A stretch of DNA of 64,000 bases from an uncultured Butyrivibrio sp. GTDB taxonomy: Bacteria; Bacillota; Clostridia; Lachnospirales; Lachnospiraceae. Position 1 is the stretch's first letter. Every line of letters begins with the position of its first letter. Both the position numbers and the translations under genes were made by a program. The stretch is from NCBI GenBank assembly GCA_964576255.1, contig CAZNUK010000001.1, positions 61,886-125,885 of the forward strand, in the 5' to 3' direction. The notes below the pieces were generated by a model. The model saw nothing but the letters and a program-made list of their open reading frames with translations, did no database searches and had not been told where the DNA came from. Shown piece after piece: positions 59,846-64,000 of this stretch.

Positions 59846-60631
59846 TTACACCTTGATATCCACTATTTTTTCAGCGATAATTCTTGCTACAAAATACACC
59901 ACAAGACACAATGTCATTAAAATAATTCCTGCCATATTTCCATACACTTTTTGAAACATCTCTGATGAAGTAAGCCTCATATACATAATTATTCCTAATG
60001 GCACATAATTCATAATGTTCTGCTCTAGTTGTCTGGCACTAATAATAGTATTAATTTCTCTTTTAACATCAATTTTTTCACTTATGGTATCCGTAGTATT
60101 TTTGATTATTTGAATCAGATTCCCACCACTTCTTTTGGCATAGGACAGAATTTCCGAAAAACTGCTTATTTCCTCCACTTTACAATCTTTTGCAAATTCT
60201 GCAAACGCCTCTTCAATATTGGCATTTAGATTAAGTCTGAAAACAATTCGCGAAAACCCTTCGTAAATTATAGTCTTTTTCCCATATAGCATTTCCAACT
60301 CCATAACGGCTTCTCTAAAACTATTTTCAATGGAATATCCTGCTGTAAGAGCGGACACCACAGCCTGCATACCATCCTTAAATTCAATAGCTGTCTTTTC
60401 CTGACGTTTTCTTTCCCATATTTTCCGCCCCCTTTTTATGTGATAAATTATGTATGGAAAAAAAATCAACCCAACCCAGATATTGTCAAAAAACAAATAC
60501 CCCACCACCAGTAAAATCCCTATAGCTTCAGCAAAATATCTCAGAATCATAACCGGCGGCCCTAAGCTTCCTGATATTTTGAAAGGATGTTTTGCATGCT
60601 TTAATCGTCCCTTTAATTCGGTTATTTTCAT
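59846..60631 (-). CDS. tadB: TadB-like platform protein (start uncertain; alternative at 60550)
   Basis: L.AGYSIEN, AKRSGGNL, EKIVDIKV. Confidence 0.82.
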   Translation of the reverse strand: MKITELKGRLKHAKHPFKISGSLGPPVMILRYFAEAIGILLVVGYLFFDNIWVGLIFFPYIIYHIKRGRKIWERKRQEKTAIEFKDGMQAVVSALTAGYSIENSFREAVMELEMLYGKKTIIYEGFSRIVFRLNLNANIEEAFAEFAKDCKVEEISSFSEILSYAKRSGGNLIQIIKNTTDTISEKIDVKREINTIISARQLEQNIMNYVPLGIIMYMRLTSSEMFQKVYGNMAGIILMTLCLVVYFVARIIAEKIVDIKV

Positions 60632-61754
60632 CAATACCCTCCTCCACAAATTCATATAAATGATTTAATTTAATTTCACCTTCGCTGATTCCTACAACTT
60701 CGCTGATGCTTAGAACTTTGCGGCTTTTGTCCCTTAATCTTCCCAAATGAACTATCACATCCACGGCAGAAGCAATCTGTCTTCTTATGGCGGAAACTGG
60801 CATATCAATTCCCATCAAAATCATAGTCTCAAGGCGCAGCATCATATCCTCCGGTCCATTACTATGCCCTGTTGATAGTGAACCGTCATGCCCGGTATTC
60901 ATAGCACTGAGCATATCTATAGCCTCTGCACCACGGACCTCTCCAACCACAATCCTGTCGGGACGCATTCTAAGCGCAGATTTAATTAAATCTCTTATGG
61001 TAACCTCATTTTTGCCTTCAATATTTGCTTTTCTTGCCTCCAGTCTTACAAGATTGTTTATTGACGTAAGTTTAAGCTCCGCTGAATCTTCTATAGTAAT
61101 TACTCTCTCTTCCTTGGGAATATAGTTAGATAATGCATTAAGAAAGGTGGTCTTTCCTGTACCGGTTCCTCCACTTATAAAAATGTTGTAGCCTGAGATT
61201 ACCAGCTGTTTGAGAAAATCAGCTGTTTCCTGTGTTATGGAATTAATCTCTATCAGCTTCTCCATAGAAAGAGGCGTTTCATAGAATTTACGAATAGTTA
61301 CTATTGGTCCGTTAATCGCAACCGGGTTCATTACAATATTTACTCTTGAACCATCTGGCAATCTCGTATCCGCTATTGGTATTGCCTCATTAACAATTTT
61401 GTTAGATATTCCGGCGATTCGCTGAACAATGTCTTCAAGCCTTTTGTGATTTTCAAAATGTTTTTCCCATTTGTAAATCTGACCATTTTTCTCATAAAAA
61501 ATTGAATCCCAGCCATTAACCATTATTTCTGTTATCCCATCGTCATCAAGCAATTCCTGTATAACATCAAGCTTCTTGATGTCATTTAATAGTAACTTAC
61601 GATATTCATTCTTTTTGGAAGCACTGACAGATATATCTGTCATCTGAGACAACGCCATATCATAAATATCTACGATTTCCTCTTCTGTCACTTCCCTTCC
61701 AGGGTCAATTCTTGTCAGTACATTCTCCTTGATTCGTTGAAAAATCTTATCCAT
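60528..61754 (-). CDS. cpaF: CpaF/TadA pilus assembly ATPase
   Basis: EIMVNG, GGTGTGKTT, TIED, LRMRPDRI.VGEVRG, MNTGHDG. Confidence 0.94.
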   Translation of the reverse strand: MDKIFQRIKENVLTRIDPGREVTEEEIVDIYDMALSQMTDISVSASKKNEYRKLLLNDIKKLDVIQELLDDDGITEIMVNGWDSIFYEKNGQIYKWEKHFENHKRLEDIVQRIAGISNKIVNEAIPIADTRLPDGSRVNIVMNPVAINGPIVTIRKFYETPLSMEKLIEINSITQETADFLKQLVISGYNIFISGGTGTGKTTFLNALSNYIPKEERVITIEDSAELKLTSINNLVRLEARKANIEGKNEVTIRDLIKSALRMRPDRIVVGEVRGAEAIDMLSAMNTGHDGSLSTGHSNGPEDMMLRLETMILMGIDMPVSAIRRQIASAVDVIVHLGRLRDKSRKVLSISEVVGISEGEIKLNHLYEFVEEGIDENNRIKGTIKACKTSFQNIRKLRAAGYDSEIFC

Positions 61755-62730
61755 TATTTGATCCTCCAATAATCTTGTTAACAAAGGTGCCCCATTCCGG
61801 TCTCAACAACATCTCACAGCTTATATCATATCCGGAAATTTTCTCTTCATAAGGAACTGAAACCTTGGTAAATCTGGATAAAAGCTCTCCTCTTCCGGAG
61901 GCTACCAGATAGGTTTCCATCTGTGAAACCTTTCTTCTCCCGATATAATCCAATGGTTCCGGCATATATACCCTGTCGCAAATCTCCATTAACCGCCATG
62001 GATTGCCATACACATTTCCCACATCAATCCATATATAGTCATAGTTATCGCTTTCCGCCAGCATATTAAGAAAATCAATGAACTCCTTATTGTCCAGTTC
62101 TCCAATATCTTCTCCACAGGTTACCGGATAAAAATAATCCATTCCCATTAACTGGTCCGTGCAGGAAATTATTTTTCCAAGTCCATTTCTTCGCTGTGCC
62201 TTGAAATAATACAATGCCTGTGACAACCCGCCTGCCGCAGAACTTAGAATGTTATTAAGTCCTGCAAACTGCTCCAGATTAATAAATAAGCTTTTGCCCT
62301 TTTTGGCAGACCACAGCCCCATGCTTAGGGCAAGTGTGGTCTTAAAGCACTTGGTTGCCGGAGAGTATATGCATCCAAGCTCTGCCTTTCTACTACCTGT
62401 AGGTCTGTTCTCAAAACCCGTCATATGAGCCATAACCTTTTTAACCAGTTTATCCGCTGACTGATATCTTGCTACTGAGTTATCAGAGTCTTCATATCCA
62501 TCATTAAGAAAAACCACTGTTTCAGAAATTTCTTTGTACCAGCTTTCTTCACAATCTTCATCTGCAATTAAAAGCTCAGTTTCATAATCATTAACTGAAT
62601 TAAGCATTGCTTCTTTACGGGTATATACCAGAACCTGTAGGGGTAAAAGATGACGGCTGTTAATATAATCAGCCAGTTTAACGGCAAAGGCTTCATCGCT
62701 GCTATATATACAGCAAACCTTTTCTCTCAT
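61747..62730 (-). CDS. TadZ/CpaE-like protein (degenerate receiver plus MinD-like domain)
   Basis: RYQSA, YSP...KTT, first gene of Tad operon. Confidence 0.7.
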   Translation of the reverse strand: MREKVCCIYSSDEAFAVKLADYINSRHLLPLQVLVYTRKEAMLNSVNDYETELLIADEDCEESWYKEISETVVFLNDGYEDSDNSVARYQSADKLVKKVMAHMTGFENRPTGSRKAELGCIYSPATKCFKTTLALSMGLWSAKKGKSLFINLEQFAGLNNILSSAAGGLSQALYYFKAQRRNGLGKIISCTDQLMGMDYFYPVTCGEDIGELDNKEFIDFLNMLAESDNYDYIWIDVGNVYGNPWRLMEICDRVYMPEPLDYIGRRKVSQMETYLVASGRGELLSRFTKVSVPYEEKISGYDISCEMLLRPEWGTFVNKIIGGSNNG

Positions 62731-62961
62731 TAAATTCCTCCTTGAAAACATCTGCAAATTTGCTTGATTTACCTGAATTCAGAAACACATTTTTTGTGTG
62801 TGAACCCAACAATACGCTCTTTTAATACCACTGTCAATGGATTTTTTGCTTAATTTTTGAAAGTCTTTTTTCTGACATATTTTTTCTTAAAAAGGAATTT
62901 TTTTGAATATAAATAGATATATCTGACAATACTTTCAACATCATAGAAAGGATTTTTTTAT

Positions 62962-63201
62962 ATGAAGAAAAAGAAAACTTTTGTTACCTATGAAGAAAAA
63001 TACTTAGCTGAAGAGCTTTTACAGACCAGAAATGCTCTTGCCGCAGCATACTCTAATTTTGAAAACGTCACTGATCCGGATTTAATTGACTCCTGCATAT
63101 ATCAGGTCAATTCCGTACAGAAAAGATACAAATTTTTATTGGATAAAGCCAGGGAGGCCAACCTTACAGTTTTATGTGAAATTGCCGGAAATGAATTCTA
63201 A
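62962..63201 (+). CDS. YaaL/DUF2508 family protein
   Basis: F..VTDPDLIDSCIY.....KRY.FL. Confidence 0.85.
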   Translation: MKKKKTFVTYEEKYLAEELLQTRNALAAAYSNFENVTDPDLIDSCIYQVNSVQKRYKFLLDKAREANLTVLCEIAGNEF

Positions 63202-63205
63202 CCGA

Positions 63206-63249
63206 AAACGTCGCTCATAGAATGTGTAATATTCTACAAGCGACGTTTT
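63206..63249. terminator. bidirectional terminator
   Basis: AAAACGTCGCT..TAGAAT...ATTCTA..AGCGACGTTTT. Confidence 0.75.
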
Positions 63250-63722
63250 TATACTTTATATCCTCTGTTTACATCTGAATACATATTCTCATTAAGAGAA
63301 TCCTTTGAATAGGTAAGTCCCGCATACACTGCCTGTGTATTTTCCATTATTGGTCCTGTCTCATCACCTTTGCTGACCTCTTTGAAGGCTTCTGAAAGTT
63401 TAATAAGCATTCCTTTTACCCTTAAAAGCTCCTCTGTTTCCTTGCGTATGTCAGCCTTCACAAGAATTCCCGTCATAAACACATATAATCTTCTTAACTC
63501 AAATGAAATTTCCTGTGTCATATCAAGGACTGAAGTTAATTCATTAATAACGGCTTTTGACCTTTTTAAATTAAGTCTGTAATTTTCAATATCATTATTT
63601 TTTAATGCAGCCACACCGTCATCAATGTATTTGATTGCAATTTCATACATTATTACAACTAACTGGCTCTTGGAGGCCTGGGATATTTTACGGCTAAATA
63701 CATTAATTTCCTGATTAGTCAA
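63249..63722 (-). CDS. fliS: flagellar export chaperone
   Basis: AS..QLVVIMYE, I.EL...LD, LY.F; directly downstream of flagellin. Confidence 0.85.
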   Translation of the reverse strand: MTNQEINVFSRKISQASKSQLVVIMYEIAIKYIDDGVAALKNNDIENYRLNLKRSKAVINELTSVLDMTQEISFELRRLYVFMTGILVKADIRKETEELLRVKGMLIKLSEAFKEVSKGDETGPIMENTQAVYAGLTYSKDSLNENMYSDVNRGYKV

Positions 63723-63732
63723 TGCCTACCTC

Positions 63733-64000
63733 CTACTGTAACAGCTGAAGAATACTCTGTGGTCTTTCATTTGCCTGCGCCATAACTGAGGTCGCAGCCT
63801 GAGAAATAACATTTTCTGAAGTGTATGTTGTCATTTCCTCTGCCATATCACAATCCTCAATTCTTGAAAGTGCGGATGTAATATTTTCTGTATAGGTGTT
63901 AAGACTGGATACCGAATTCTCCAAACGGTTCTGATATGCACCAAGCTTTGAACGGATTGAAGAGATTTCTGAAATAGCACTGTCTATTTTGTTCATCGCA
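63733..64000 (-). CDS. fliC: flagellin, C-terminal part (runs off window end)
   Basis: RSKLGAYQNRLE, SRIED.DMAEE, AQAN..PQ.ILQLL. Confidence 0.93.
   Translation of the reverse strand, partial: AMNKIDSAISEISSIRSKLGAYQNRLENSVSSLNTYTENITSALSRIEDCDMAEEMTTYTSENVISQAATSVMAQANERPQSILQLLQ

Noticed and set aside
62731..62840. c-di-GMP riboswitch upstream of the Tad operon
   Set aside because: No GEMM-type conserved elements recognisable; only a promoter-like TTGACA-18-TATTGT.

Overview
Low-GC Firmicute chromosome segment, most like Clostridia/Lachnospiraceae, probably near the replication origin (rpsF-ssb-rpsR, gdpP-rplI-dnaB, yyaC). Most genes lie on the minus strand. Housekeeping genes include the 5' end of a dnaK-like gene, DAHP synthase, coaBC, ferredoxin, pgi, mtnN, murG, tRNA-Cys, a Gram-positive Tad/Flp pilus locus, fliS and the 3' end of a flagellin. 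Three accessory zones stand out. (1) A ~10 kb insert between rpsR and gdpP carries an Rpn-family nuclease, a two-component pair, a 253-bp palindrome, a GGDEF gene and the operon nrtR-pncA-prs-like-NAMPT-like-nadE. This operon has no adenylyltransferase and may be a bacterial, deamidating version of the ADP-ribose-based NARP1 NAD-reconstitution route. (2) A PP2C / trypsin-FHA / XRE / receptor Ser-Thr kinase cluster in which a kinase+rpn unit is tandemly duplicated (~3.42 kb period). The two kinases have divergent extracellular tips and share an operator-like motif, and one rpn copy is reduced to its putative intragenic antitoxin. (3) An XRE-linked LRR surface protein, plus a nearby candidate csRNA-like small RNA. 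No CRISPR array, reverse transcriptase or classical IS was seen. All family assignments come from motif recognition, not database searches.
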